In this document: positions 25,487 to 34,015 of the stretch, piece after piece | Numbering within the stretch: position 1 is the first letter of the stretch | How the letters are laid out: the number at the start of each line of letters is the position of its first letter | Source: a virus | Taxonomy: Duplodnaviria > Caudoviricetes | DNA: 38,941 bases | Direction: 5' to 3' (one strand) | IMG/VR virus record: IMGVR_UViG_3300043567_000557 | Span: 1 to 38,941 of that record | Program-made: the position numbers and the translations under genes | The notes under the pieces: model-generated | Told to the model about the DNA's origin: nothing | What the model saw: the letters and a program-made list of their open reading frames with translations, nothing else | The model's database searches: none

Positions 25487-25693
25487 ATGAGAGGAATACC
25501 TATGAACGAGCAAGATGTAAACCGTAAGTTCGATGACATCATTCAACCAAAAGTCATCAATCAAATCGTGAAGCAAAAGCGTCCACCTGCAAAGTTCCCT
25601 GAATTGCGTTATCTATGGGGAGTTACAGCGCTCGCTAGTTTTGCATTGTTAATGCTGTCAGCAATTGTCAGCACATTTCTTGAGGCGCTATAA
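25487..25693 (+). CDS. Small membrane protein
   Basis: C-terminal TM; alternative start at 25502 with GAGAGGA RBS. Confidence 0.6.
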   Translation: MRGIPMNEQDVNRKFDDIIQPKVINQIVKQKRPPAKFPELRYLWGVTALASFALLMLSAIVSTFLEAL

Positions 25694-25882
25694 CTTAAAT
25701 ATCTCTTCAGGGTCAAAGACCTCAAGGGCTTTCAACATAAGAGAGTCTTTGAGGTCTTTTGCATGATGTCCACAAAAATGTAACTCGCCTGATAAGAATG
25801 TTGCTCGGACTTTAGCCTTTGCAGAGCAACGGTCACACAATTGATTCGGCTGTATTGGCAGACGAATAATTGTCTCAGTCAT
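25688..25882 (-). CDS. Small zinc-finger protein
   Basis: CDRC...LHFCGHH. Confidence 0.7.
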   Translation of the reverse strand: MTETIIRLPIQPNQLCDRCSAKAKVRATFLSGELHFCGHHAKDLKDSLMLKALEVFDPEEIFKL

Positions 25883-26016
25883 TATTTATCTTTCTTAGGA
25901 TGCTTAGGCAGGTAAGGGTCAATCTTGGCAATAATGCGTCCATCTTTAGAAAGGCGAACAATCCAGCCATCCTTAATCTGCATTGGGTTAAATGCACCCG
26001 CTTTTTTCTTTGGCAT
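25882..26016 (-). CDS. Small basic protein (44 aa)
   Basis: Manual: MPKKKAGAFNPMQIKDGWIVRLSKDGRIIAKIDPYLPKHPKKDK*; TAATG coupling at both ends. Confidence 0.6.
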   Translation of the reverse strand: MPKKKAGAFNPMQIKDGWIVRLSKDGRIIAKIDPYLPKHPKKDK

Positions 26017-26435
26017 TATTTTTTTTTCTTATCCGTAATTGGTCCGCCGACAATCCATGCTCGACAGGTTCTCCGTGAAGCGCACTTGAAATCGAACGCC
26101 TCGCAATATCCCAACTCTCCAGCCTCGGTGACATCCCAAGCGTTTTCCTCTGAATCGCCTACGGACAATCCTCCCTCGATACATTCAAGCATCGCTGAGG
26201 TTTGGATGAACGCCGCACAATTGCCACAGCGCTGTTTCTTAGCCTGAATGACCCCTACATTCCATTCATCGGCAATTGCTTGCCAATACTCGGTATTCGC
26301 CTCGGAAGGGTTGAGAGGACCGTATGAGGCGTCATCGATGGCTTTCTTGCGGTTTTCAAGGTTGGCTCTTACATCCTGCGTTGCGGTTGGGCATGAAGCC
26401 TTCAAGAGTGCGGTAACTGCTGGTGTAAGAGACAT
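26016..26435 (-). CDS. Cys-rich protein (HiPIP-like Cys spacing)
   Basis: RCGNCAAF...GYCEAFDFKCASRRTCRAW; leaderless-type ATG at 26435. Confidence 0.65.
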   Translation of the reverse strand: MSLTPAVTALLKASCPTATQDVRANLENRKKAIDDASYGPLNPSEANTEYWQAIADEWNVGVIQAKKQRCGNCAAFIQTSAMLECIEGGLSVGDSEENAWDVTEAGELGYCEAFDFKCASRRTCRAWIVGGPITDKKKK

Positions 26436-26486
26436 GAGATAAGTGTATACGAACACCTGTTCGAAGAAATTATTTTGTGTTTTGGG

Positions 26487-26515
26487 ATGAATTTCAACCC
26501 CAGTTGTGTTATACT
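26487..26515 (+). promoter_or_regulatory. Extended -10 promoter with operator
   Basis: AACCCCAGTT 26496-26505, TGT-TATACT. Confidence 0.65.
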
Positions 26516-26542
26516 TAGTGTACGAGGTAGAGAGGAAATGAC

Positions 26543-26704
26543 ATGGCTAAGAAAGTCTATGAAGTAGAAATCAGAGGTCAAAAGCAAAAGTATGTTTTTG
26601 AATCAATCGGTGAAGCAAAGGCTTATGCGATAAGCGCTACTGCATGGGTAGGCGGTCAGTACAGAATCCAAGCAATTTTTATCAAGGAAGAGGTGGCTAA
26701 ATAA
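26543..26704 (+). CDS. Small hypothetical protein (53 aa)
   Basis: Manual: AGAGAGGA RBS; MAKKVYEVEIRGQKQKYVFESIGEAKAYA...; TAATG coupling. Confidence 0.65.
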   Translation: MAKKVYEVEIRGQKQKYVFESIGEAKAYAISATAWVGGQYRIQAIFIKEEVAK

Positions 26705-27120
26705 TGTCAGATAACATCGCAACAGTAGTCGCTATTGGTGACAAGCCAGTTGAGAACGGTCTTTGGGTAAAGCCAAAAGTAGGCGACATTCTTTACTCAT
26801 CATGGGGATACGACCAAACAAACATCGAGTTTTTCAAGGTGGTCAAGGTCAGCGAGTTCTCAGTATGGATTCAAAAGGTCGGCTCGAAGGTTGTCGAGGT
26901 AACAGGGTGGGCGCATCAAAATGTTGTTCCAACTGATTCTTCAGAGTATGAAGTTCGTGTCTCTGACTTTGATGAGCCAGCAGTTTACGAAACTCGCTCC
27001 TACGCAATCAGACGCCACAAAATTCAGCCATCGTATTCAGGATACGGCGTGAGTTTGAATTCTTACTCAGCCGCTTTCTTATGGGATGGAAAGCCAAAAG
27101 GTCAAAGTCAGACCTGCTAG
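26704..27120 (+). CDS. Hypothetical protein
   Basis: VGDILYSSWGYDQTNIEFFKVV motif, 138 aa. Confidence 0.7.
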   Translation: MSDNIATVVAIGDKPVENGLWVKPKVGDILYSSWGYDQTNIEFFKVVKVSEFSVWIQKVGSKVVEVTGWAHQNVVPTDSSEYEVRVSDFDEPAVYETRSYAIRRHKIQPSYSGYGVSLNSYSAAFLWDGKPKGQSQTC

Positions 27121-27146
27121 ATATTTAACCCCAGTTATGATATACT
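27118..27146 (+). promoter_or_regulatory. Extended -10 promoter with operator
   Basis: AACCCCAGTT 27127-27136, TGA-TATACT. Confidence 0.7.
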
Positions 27147-27173
27147 GGACTTGTTCTTAGAGAGGAGAACAAA

Positions 27174-27386
27174 ATGGCTCAGAAAGCACTTAAGAAGATT
27201 GGTCAATATCGCCTTTACAAAGTTGAAGGTTTCGGTGTCTACGAAATTTACTACGGCACAAAAGAAACTGGCGTTCATGTAGAAAACATCGCTAACAAAG
27301 AAAACTTTGAGTGGGCTGTCGGAGAAATCAAGAGAGCAACTCAACAGGCTGTCCGTGAAGAATTCGGAATCGGGGTGAGCAACTAA
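27174..27386 (+). CDS. Hypothetical protein
   Basis: 70 aa, AGAGAGGAG RBS. Confidence 0.7.
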   Translation: MAQKALKKIGQYRLYKVEGFGVYEIYYGTKETGVHVENIANKENFEWAVGEIKRATQQAVREEFGIGVSN

Positions 27387-27742
27387 TGGGATGGGATGTA
27401 ACTCCAGTAGGTACCAACATTACAACTCGAGCATTTATCGAGTATTACATCCGCCGTACTTACGACGGAATCTATGAAAGTGTCAAGGTTTTCGAGGGCA
27501 AGAATGAGCATGGTCAAAAGGCTTTCTATGTCGCTCTTAGAAAACTCGAAGATAACTCAATCATTGCGTGTGTCTTTTTGACCCGTCGTAATAATGGGCA
27601 AGTAGCACTCAAAGTATTAGGCGAATCAGAAGGTCCTTGCTACTACGAGGCTCCTGAATCGTTTATCAATGTCCTAACTCCAGCAAAGACTCTTGAGGGC
27701 GCTTGGTGGAGAAACCGTTGCTTAGAGAAGGAGGTCGTATAA
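27386..27742 (+). CDS. Hypothetical protein
   Basis: 118 aa, MGW...ESEGPCYYEAP...WWRNRC. Confidence 0.7.
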   Translation: MGWDVTPVGTNITTRAFIEYYIRRTYDGIYESVKVFEGKNEHGQKAFYVALRKLEDNSIIACVFLTRRNNGQVALKVLGESEGPCYYEAPESFINVLTPAKTLEGAWWRNRCLEKEVV

Positions 27743-28135
27743 ATGGGTTACACACATCATTGGACAATCAAGGAGCCAATCGACGCGGATGCGTTTAACA
27801 AACTCCAAGAGGGAATCAAGGCAATCATTGAAACTGCTCAAGATGCAGGAATCGCAATTGATGATGAATCAACTGACGGCACAATCGCCTTTAATGGTGT
27901 CGGTGCCAATGCTCATGAGACATTCGTGATTCAGGTAGGCGATACAGGCTATGACTTTTGCAAGACAGCCGAAAAGCCTTATGACGCCGTAGTTACAGCC
28001 TCGCTCATTCTGCTCAAGAAAGAACTTGGTGCTGAGGTCGAGATTACTTCAGATGGTGGCTGGCATCGCTGGGAAAGCGGACAACTGCTCTATGAGACAG
28101 TTTTCGACATCCAGCCTGAAAGCGTACTTTCATGA
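27743..28135 (+). CDS. Hypothetical protein
   Basis: MGYTHHW, AHETF, FCKTAEKPYD, SDG. Confidence 0.7.
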   Translation: MGYTHHWTIKEPIDADAFNKLQEGIKAIIETAQDAGIAIDDESTDGTIAFNGVGANAHETFVIQVGDTGYDFCKTAEKPYDAVVTASLILLKKELGAEVEITSDGGWHRWESGQLLYETVFDIQPESVLS

Positions 28136-28192
28136 AGTTCTTTATCTACCGAAAGCGTGGCAAGATTAGGGTCTCGAGAGTGAGGGTAGCCC

Positions 28193-28420
28193 GTGGCTGA
28201 AACACTAGAGGAGATGCGGAAGCGTAAACATCAAGCATGGATTCGCGACTGGTCAGATGGTCTTGCCTACTGCCGAGAGTGCGACCACGAATACACGAAC
28301 GCTCAAACCGTAGTTATTGACGAAGAGAAATCGTGTCCTAACTGCAAAAAGCCTGAAAACAAAACATACTATTACTGCCCCGAAGATGGGTCGAGAGGAT
28401 GTGAATGTAAATGGCATTGA
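28193..28420 (+). CDS. Zinc-finger protein
   Basis: CREC, CPNC, further Cys. Confidence 0.55.
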   Translation: MAETLEEMRKRKHQAWIRDWSDGLAYCRECDHEYTNAQTVVIDEEKSCPNCKKPENKTYYYCPEDGSRGCECKWH

Positions 28421-28578
28421 CTGAACGAGGCAGAATCGTCAAAGAAATTCAAGCGTTTGCTTCAGAGTACGGTCATCTCATGACAAAAGATGGCGTTACT
28501 CGAGATGTTGTTATTGTCGAACAATTGCTCGACTTTCTAACTCCTATTGACCCCTTGCCACCTGAAGTAAATCCGTAA
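28411..28578 (+). CDS. Small hypothetical protein (55 aa)
   Basis: Manual: MALTERGRIVKEIQAFASEYGHLMTKDG...; overlaps previous stop; converges on terminase operon. Confidence 0.4.
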   Translation: MALTERGRIVKEIQAFASEYGHLMTKDGVTRDVVIVEQLLDFLTPIDPLPPEVNP

Positions 28579-28930
28579 CCTTAATCAGAAAACCTTTTGA
28601 ATAGTTAGGCGGAATGGAACACTCAATTTTGTGTCCGTACTGCTCAACGGCTTTAATCAATAGGCTAACTGGTACCGTCACTACCAACTCTTCAAGCACG
28701 AATGACCAATGTGTTGCCTTGGTTGCCTGTAAGCCCGACGGATACCACTCTCGGTTATTCTCGCTCCAGCACCAAACCTCGATATAAAGGTTTCCTGTAT
28801 TTTTCCAACGCTTATCTCTCTTGACCTCAACTGTTTCAATAGGTGCGCTGAGTAAATTGTTTACATACACCTCGCCCTCTTGTCCATGGCGTAAATCTAA
28901 ATCAAAGTCTGAGCGCTTTACACCGTCCAT
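28544..28930 (-). CDS. PD-(D/E)xK nuclease-like protein
   Basis: GQEGE, VEVKRD, TGNLYIE, SGLQATKATHW. Confidence 0.6.
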   Translation of the reverse strand: MDGVKRSDFDLDLRHGQEGEVYVNNLLSAPIETVEVKRDKRWKNTGNLYIEVWCWSENNREWYPSGLQATKATHWSFVLEELVVTVPVSLLIKAVEQYGHKIECSIPPNYSKGFLIKVTDLLQVARGQ

Positions 28931-30516
28931 GGGTTTGACTGTCCAATCGAAATAGGAGCAAAAGCGGGAATAATATTTTTATTCTCGTAGATGGCTAAAA
29001 GTATCGCTTCAGCGCGGTCAGGTGAGTGAACGCCACGCTTTTTCATATCTGCCTTGGCTTCAATCTGAATTCGACCTGATGAATCTGACTTGAAGGTTGG
29101 TCCTGCTAACTGCGCTAAAACTGCTCTATCAACTTCAAGGCGTAACTCTTGCTTGTCATCTCTAGGTTGTAAAAGTGTACGAGCGTTCCACCACATCTCG
29201 GCTCTTTGATTCTTGAACTTGGCTTGGTCTTTTGGCTTCTCGGCTACATTGACTCCGACAATCTGCGCTCGCATCTGACGCTCTTTGACCCATCTATCCA
29301 ATAATGAGACGACACCCCAGCCAACGCCAATCGTGTCAATCTTGACCCGTACTAAATCAGAAATTCCACGCTCTTTGTGAATTGCAACTGCCTTCTCAAT
29401 TTCAGCAATAACAACACCCGCCACATCTACCGCGTTAGCGTTAGCCTTTCCTGAACTGCGATGCACAATCGATGCGACATAGCCATCTGCCTTTGCGATA
29501 ACGAATTCATCTCCACCATCGGATGCAATATCCACGCCCAATCGGATAGTTGAACTTTCAAGCATTTCTTCATTCTGTGTTGCCAACTCTGCCCATTGAT
29601 AAGGGATGACCTTGCCCGTTCCCGTTTGTGGAAATCGTGCGTGAACACGGGCTTCAACGAATGGAGAATCCTCACCAAATTCACTCATCACATCATTGAC
29701 CCAAGTTTCATCAACTAAATGCGTTGCAACTTGGTGAGCCTCAACATGAGGTGGACATGACCGACATTGACCAGTTTCCTCACCCGTAAAGTTTGGAGTG
29801 TCATAGGCGCTAATTGGCACGATGTTATAAAGCGGACTTGAGCAGATTCTCTCGAACCATGTTTGCTCTTGGTCTGTCGGTGGGTTACCCAATACTAAGA
29901 GGCGGGTGTGTCCACCCGTCATGAGCGCTTCAAGTGCGCCACCAATCTTGTCTGAAATACCACCCGCTTCATCGACCACAATCAAAAGATGCGGTGCGTG
30001 AATACCCTGAACTGCCGCTTCATTGTTATCGGCAGGACGAAATCCGTAGGCAACTACTGTGTCATCCATCTTCCATTCAGTAGTAAGAATTTCTCCAGGA
30101 AGGTCATGGGCTATATGAACTCTGCGAATCTGCGCCCACATAATGTTTCGAACCTGTTTGAAAGTCGATGCCGTAGTAATCGCAATTGCAGTCCCAGGCG
30201 GGTGAACTGCAATCCACCATGCAACGGCTCTCGCCGCTAAGTGAGATTTCCCAGGCGCGTGACAAGCGGGAACTGTTGTTCTCTTGTTATCTCGAATCGA
30301 CTCAAGAATCTCACGCTGTTTAGACCAAAGGGTTTCCCCTAGCCCTGTTTCAATAAAGCCAACAGGGTCATTCTCAAATCTTGCCCATGGGTTTTCTAAC
30401 TCAGCATCAAGAATGACCGATAAGGCGTACTTCTCATCATCTGTGAGCGATAGGTAAATCTTTGTTCGCTCTTCAGGTGTGGCATTGAGAACGAGGTCTA
30501 CGAGCCGTTCACCCAT
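28918..30516 (-). CDS. terL: Terminase large subunit
   Basis: Walker A ACHAPGKS, Walker B LIVVDEA, GNP, nuclease GVDIA and SPDRAEA. Confidence 0.93.
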   Translation of the reverse strand: MGERLVDLVLNATPEERTKIYLSLTDDEKYALSVILDAELENPWARFENDPVGFIETGLGETLWSKQREILESIRDNKRTTVPACHAPGKSHLAARAVAWWIAVHPPGTAIAITTASTFKQVRNIMWAQIRRVHIAHDLPGEILTTEWKMDDTVVAYGFRPADNNEAAVQGIHAPHLLIVVDEAGGISDKIGGALEALMTGGHTRLLVLGNPPTDQEQTWFERICSSPLYNIVPISAYDTPNFTGEETGQCRSCPPHVEAHQVATHLVDETWVNDVMSEFGEDSPFVEARVHARFPQTGTGKVIPYQWAELATQNEEMLESSTIRLGVDIASDGGDEFVIAKADGYVASIVHRSSGKANANAVDVAGVVIAEIEKAVAIHKERGISDLVRVKIDTIGVGWGVVSLLDRWVKERQMRAQIVGVNVAEKPKDQAKFKNQRAEMWWNARTLLQPRDDKQELRLEVDRAVLAQLAGPTFKSDSSGRIQIEAKADMKKRGVHSPDRAEAILLAIYENKNIIPAFAPISIGQSNPWTV

Positions 30517-30518
30517 TT

Positions 30519-31034
30519 TTACCTCTTACGAATCGCTAGAACTTTTGCAATCTTATCTTCAAGGTCGCCCATTTCAACCTGAACTTTAATTGCTTCGCCG
30601 TTGTTTCCACCAATTTCAAACTTCTCTGTCTTACCGAACTCTTCAGGCACCTGACGCTCAAGCCACCATGCGGCCGCTCTCCAGTCCCCCTCATTACCGC
30701 TCTTAGCAATAACAGCAACCTTTTTAGTAATTGCCTCTGCTCTAGCCTGTTCAACTTGCTGTAAAAATTGAAGAAATATAACTTCAGTAGGATTCTCTTT
30801 AGCGTTTGGCACCATTGATAGACGCTCTCGCTCTGCCATTCCTCGAGCCATCCAGTTATAGAAAGTCTTTTCAGATACGCCCGATGCTGTTACAGCCTTT
30901 CGAACAGGTGTTCCAATACGGATGTAATCAAGTAGCGTTTTTTCTCTTGTCTCATCAAGGAGCGCGGTCTTACGCCCAGCCGATTTTTTGGCAGGTGTCT
31001 TTGCTGGCTCTTTCTTTGCTACCGCTGTCGCCAT
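30519..31034 (-). CDS. terS: Terminase small subunit
   Basis: HTH (GVSEKTFYNW), DWRAAAWWLER; directly upstream of TerL; start MATAVAKK. Confidence 0.75.
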   Translation of the reverse strand: MATAVAKKEPAKTPAKKSAGRKTALLDETREKTLLDYIRIGTPVRKAVTASGVSEKTFYNWMARGMAERERLSMVPNAKENPTEVIFLQFLQQVEQARAEAITKKVAVIAKSGNEGDWRAAAWWLERQVPEEFGKTEKFEIGGNNGEAIKVQVEMGDLEDKIAKVLAIRKR

Positions 31035-31165
31035 TAGAAATCCTGTCCTATGTACCAAAACCCAAGGTCAATTGACCATCCACGCTTATTGAACTCGAAT
31101 CCGATTCCAAATCCGCTTTTTCGTCCGTAGTAGAACCAAGTCTTTCCTACTCTTTTCTCTGCCAT
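31034..31165 (-). CDS. Small aromatic/Gly-rich protein (43 aa)
   Basis: Manual: MAEKRVGKTWFYYGRKSGFGIGFEFNKRGWSIDLGFWYIGQDF*; TAATG coupling to terS. Confidence 0.55.
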   Translation of the reverse strand: MAEKRVGKTWFYYGRKSGFGIGFEFNKRGWSIDLGFWYIGQDF

Positions 31166-31169
31166 CTTA

Positions 31170-32317
31170 TTATTCTACCTCAGTTGTACACGCTTCGATT
31201 GGTAACTGTAATAACAGGGCAACATCTTTCCAGTTATAGACAGCATTTGCCCATTCATTCAAATCCTCGGTGTGAACTCGCATTGAGTGTTCGCCTACCT
31301 TGATAGTCGTCCGCCCTACTGGGATATGCCCAGGCTTGGATTTTCCTCCAGCGAGAATCTCGGCTACCTCTTCAGGTGTAAACCCTGTACCTTTGAATGA
31401 GGTTGAGGTTAAGAGTTTGTTCAACTCAGAGGGGTCATAGGTTGCCAAGTCGCTCGTTCTATTGTCCACAATAAGAATCTTGATTTCCTCGACATCATCA
31501 ACATCAATCCAATGCACGGCTATCTTCTCCCAGCCTAATTGAACTGCTCCCTGATAAGTGTGGTTTCCCGAGACTATGTGCTTGGTGCGCTTATTAGCCA
31601 CGATAGGTCGATATTGACCCATGTATGTCAGCGAGTCAATAATTGCCCCTATATCGCCCTCACGCGGGTTTAGAGGATGAACTTTGACCTCGTTGATGGC
31701 AACTGTTTCTACATCCTCAGCCGTCGTCTCGCTTCTCTCACCGTTAGGTTCAGGTTCAACTGGCTTACGCTCAGGAAATCCTAGGCGCTCCTTGATAAGT
31801 TTGATTGCCTTTTGTTTTGTCGGTGCCTCGCTGTATAACTGTTCCAAGCGCTAATCTTTACTTCAGGGTCGCTAGGTAAAGGCTTACCGTCGCCCATTGA
31901 ACTCTTCTCTTCACCGCTTGTCAGCCTATCTAAAGTATCAACCTCGGATTGAGTAAATCCCGTTCCCTCCAACTCAGGCAAGGCTTGAAGTAGATTCTTC
32001 AAAAGTGGCTCGTTATATGAGGCTAGGTCAGTTAAGCGATTATCGGCTAGAACTATTTTCCTAGCAGTCTGCTCATCCACCTCGATATAAGTGACCTTAA
32101 TCTTTTTCCAACCGAGTTTCTTTGCCGCTTTGTAGGTGTGATTGCCAGCAAGGATGTAATTCGTACCGTGCTGGACGACAATAGGGCGGTATTGCCCGTG
32201 CGCTTTAAGTGATTGTGCAATTGCGTCGATGTCTCCACGACGCGGATTTGTTGGGTATCCCTCGAGCGACGAAATAGCAACTGAATCAACCTGCCCTACC
32301 TTGATATTAGATTTCAC
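31170..32317 (-). CDS. Tandem ParB/Srx-domain protein, split by a frame disruption near 31845
   Basis: Two paralogous NPR.GD...GQYRPIV...GNHTY...DNR..DLA domains in overlapping frames; second half has a TTG start without RBS; GTG start at 32317 overlaps upstream stop. Confidence 0.7.
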
Positions 32318-32958
32318 TTGATATACAACCATGCTTCAAAGTTAAAGAATTTCCAAAACATCGTGCCAACTGTAAATCCTGCGTTCTCAGCCATAATCTG
32401 ATTTCTAAATGAAGTGTTCGGTTTCATCATGGAACGGATGTCTCGTTCTTTATTCAAGATTTGGTCAGCGCTAAATGCTTTGCGCTTAAAGTCGTAGTAA
32501 GCCATCGTCTGAATCTGCTCGAGTTCGCCTGATTCCTCTTGAACCTTCTCAGCCCATATAAAGGCTCCGCCTTCGGTAAGGGACTCATAGACAGTTTCCA
32601 AGATTGCGGGTCTGTCCTCATGTGGGAGGAACTGTAAAGTAAAGAGTGAGAGTATGAGTGAAGAGTGACCAAAGTTTTTGAACGCTCTTAAGTCTTTTTG
32701 AATGTAGGCAACATTGTCATGCGAATTAGGCAAAAGGTTCGCCGATACATCAATACCAATCTTGTCGCCCTCAAATGGGATGCGCTCTAAGAGTTTTCCT
32801 GTTGAGCAACCCAAATCAACTACCTGTGTATCCTTTTGTAGAAAAAATGTACTCAGGTCACAGATAGCATCTGAAAGCAAGTGATAGTTTGGGATTGATT
32901 GTGAGATGTGGTCATCAAAGTTTTCAATCGTGTCAAACGAGAATTTAGTAGAACTCAT
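32314..32958 (-). CDS. CmoA-like SAM-dependent enzyme (carboxy-SAM synthase-like)
   Basis: FSFD...FDDHISQSIPNY, DLGCSTG, LFTLQFL, AEK, FWKFFNF match the CmoA layout; start re-assigned to MSSTKF. Confidence 0.75.
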   Translation of the reverse strand: MSSTKFSFDTIENFDDHISQSIPNYHLLSDAICDLSTFFLQKDTQVVDLGCSTGKLLERIPFEGDKIGIDVSANLLPNSHDNVAYIQKDLRAFKNFGHSSLILSLFTLQFLPHEDRPAILETVYESLTEGGAFIWAEKVQEESGELEQIQTMAYYDFKRKAFSADQILNKERDIRSMMKPNTSFRNQIMAENAGFTVGTMFWKFFNFEAWLYIK

Positions 32959-34015
32959 GTAGTCTCCTACCAATTGCTTCCACAACTGGGATTGTAATTG
33001 TTCGTCCGCATCGTTCGTATCTTTCGGAGTCGGTGACTCGTTTTCCATCGTCATAGAATTCCGTCCATCCATCGGGAAATCCTTGAAGTCTTTCACACTC
33101 CATGGGAGTTAGTTTTCTAATAGCAAAGCCGTCCTCATCCCCAATTTGAACTCCGTGACGGTCTTGCGCTGTGATTGTGTACATCGGGTCGCCATCATTT
33201 TTAATCATGCGACCATTTGGTGATTTGTTTACTCGAGCAACATCGAGAACTGGTCTAACAAAAGGCACATTGCCTCCACCTGTTCCCATGTGTGCAAGAA
33301 GTGTTGGTGCAACATTCTCAAAAGTTCTTATTGAGTTGTCTCGTCGGATGAACTGCTCAACAACATATTGTCTTGCATTTCCTCCTTTGTAGTAGTGGGC
33401 GTCGATGGTCGGAGAAATGTCGGAGAAAAACCCCTGCCTTCCTCCTTGTTTTTCTTTGTACGCGACATCATCGCCTGAACCTGTTGCTCCGATAGGAAAT
33501 ACTTTTGGTCGGGGGTTTCCTCTAAGATGTCCGATAAGGAATACCCTTTCTCGGTGCTGTGGGACTCCGAAATTTTGGCTGTCAAGCAATTCCCATTGAC
33601 AGTCATACCCCATGCCATCCAAGACTTCGAGGATGATTTCGAATGTGCGTCCTCCGTCATGGTTAAGGAGTCCTTTGACATTCTCAAAGAGGAGGTACGG
33701 TATCCCTTTGTCGCGAGCGAGTCTAAACATTTCAAAAGCGAGCGTCCCTCGGGTGTCATCCAAGGAGAATCCAGTTCGCTTTCCTGCAACTGAAAAAGTT
33801 GCACAAGGGAATCCTCCAACGAGGAGGTCGGCGTCAGGAAGGTCTCCAGCGGAAACATCTCGAATGTCTCGTCCATCGGGTTGTTCTCCGAAATTTCGGG
33901 CATAGATTTTCCTCGGTCTCTCTAACCATTCGTTTGCCCATACACACTCATGACCTGTGTTTTCAAGTCCTAAGCGGAAGGCACCAATACCTGCAAAAAG
34001 TTCAATGAACTTCAT
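32945..34015 (-). CDS. C5 DNA-cytosine methyltransferase family (candidate carboxymethyltransferase)
   Basis: FAGIG, GGFPC, ENVKG, QHRERV, RKLTPMECERLQGFP; motif X reads CGRT instead of GN(S/A). Confidence 0.9.
   Translation of the reverse strand: MKFIELFAGIGAFRLGLENTGHECVWANEWLERPRKIYARNFGEQPDGRDIRDVSAGDLPDADLLVGGFPCATFSVAGKRTGFSLDDTRGTLAFEMFRLARDKGIPYLLFENVKGLLNHDGGRTFEIILEVLDGMGYDCQWELLDSQNFGVPQHRERVFLIGHLRGNPRPKVFPIGATGSGDDVAYKEKQGGRQGFFSDISPTIDAHYYKGGNARQYVVEQFIRRDNSIRTFENVAPTLLAHMGTGGGNVPFVRPVLDVARVNKSPNGRMIKNDGDPMYTITAQDRHGVQIGDEDGFAIRKLTPMECERLQGFPDGWTEFYDDGKRVTDSERYERCGRTITIPVVEAIGRRLHEFY
33328..33903 (-). CDS. Nested alternative-frame MTase subunit (M.EcoHK31I beta-like)
   Basis: 191-codon ORF inside the MTase gene containing WGMTVNGNCLT...SLSDILEETPDQKYFLS, an MTase segment absent from the main frame. 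Confidence 0.55.
   Translation of the reverse strand: MPEISENNPMDETFEMFPLETFLTPTSSLEDSLVQLFQLQESELDSPWMTPEGRSLLKCLDSLATKGYRTSSLRMSKDSLTMTEDAHSKSSSKSWMAWGMTVNGNCLTAKISESHSTEKGYSLSDILEETPDQKYFLSEQQVQAMMSRTKKNKEEGRGFSPTFLRPSTPTTTKEEMQDNMLLSSSSDETTQ

Noticed and set aside
32959-33096. 46-aa N-terminal extension of the CmoA-like ORF
   Set aside because: Overlaps MTase motifs IX-X; ATG 32958 has an AGGAG RBS and matches CmoA length.
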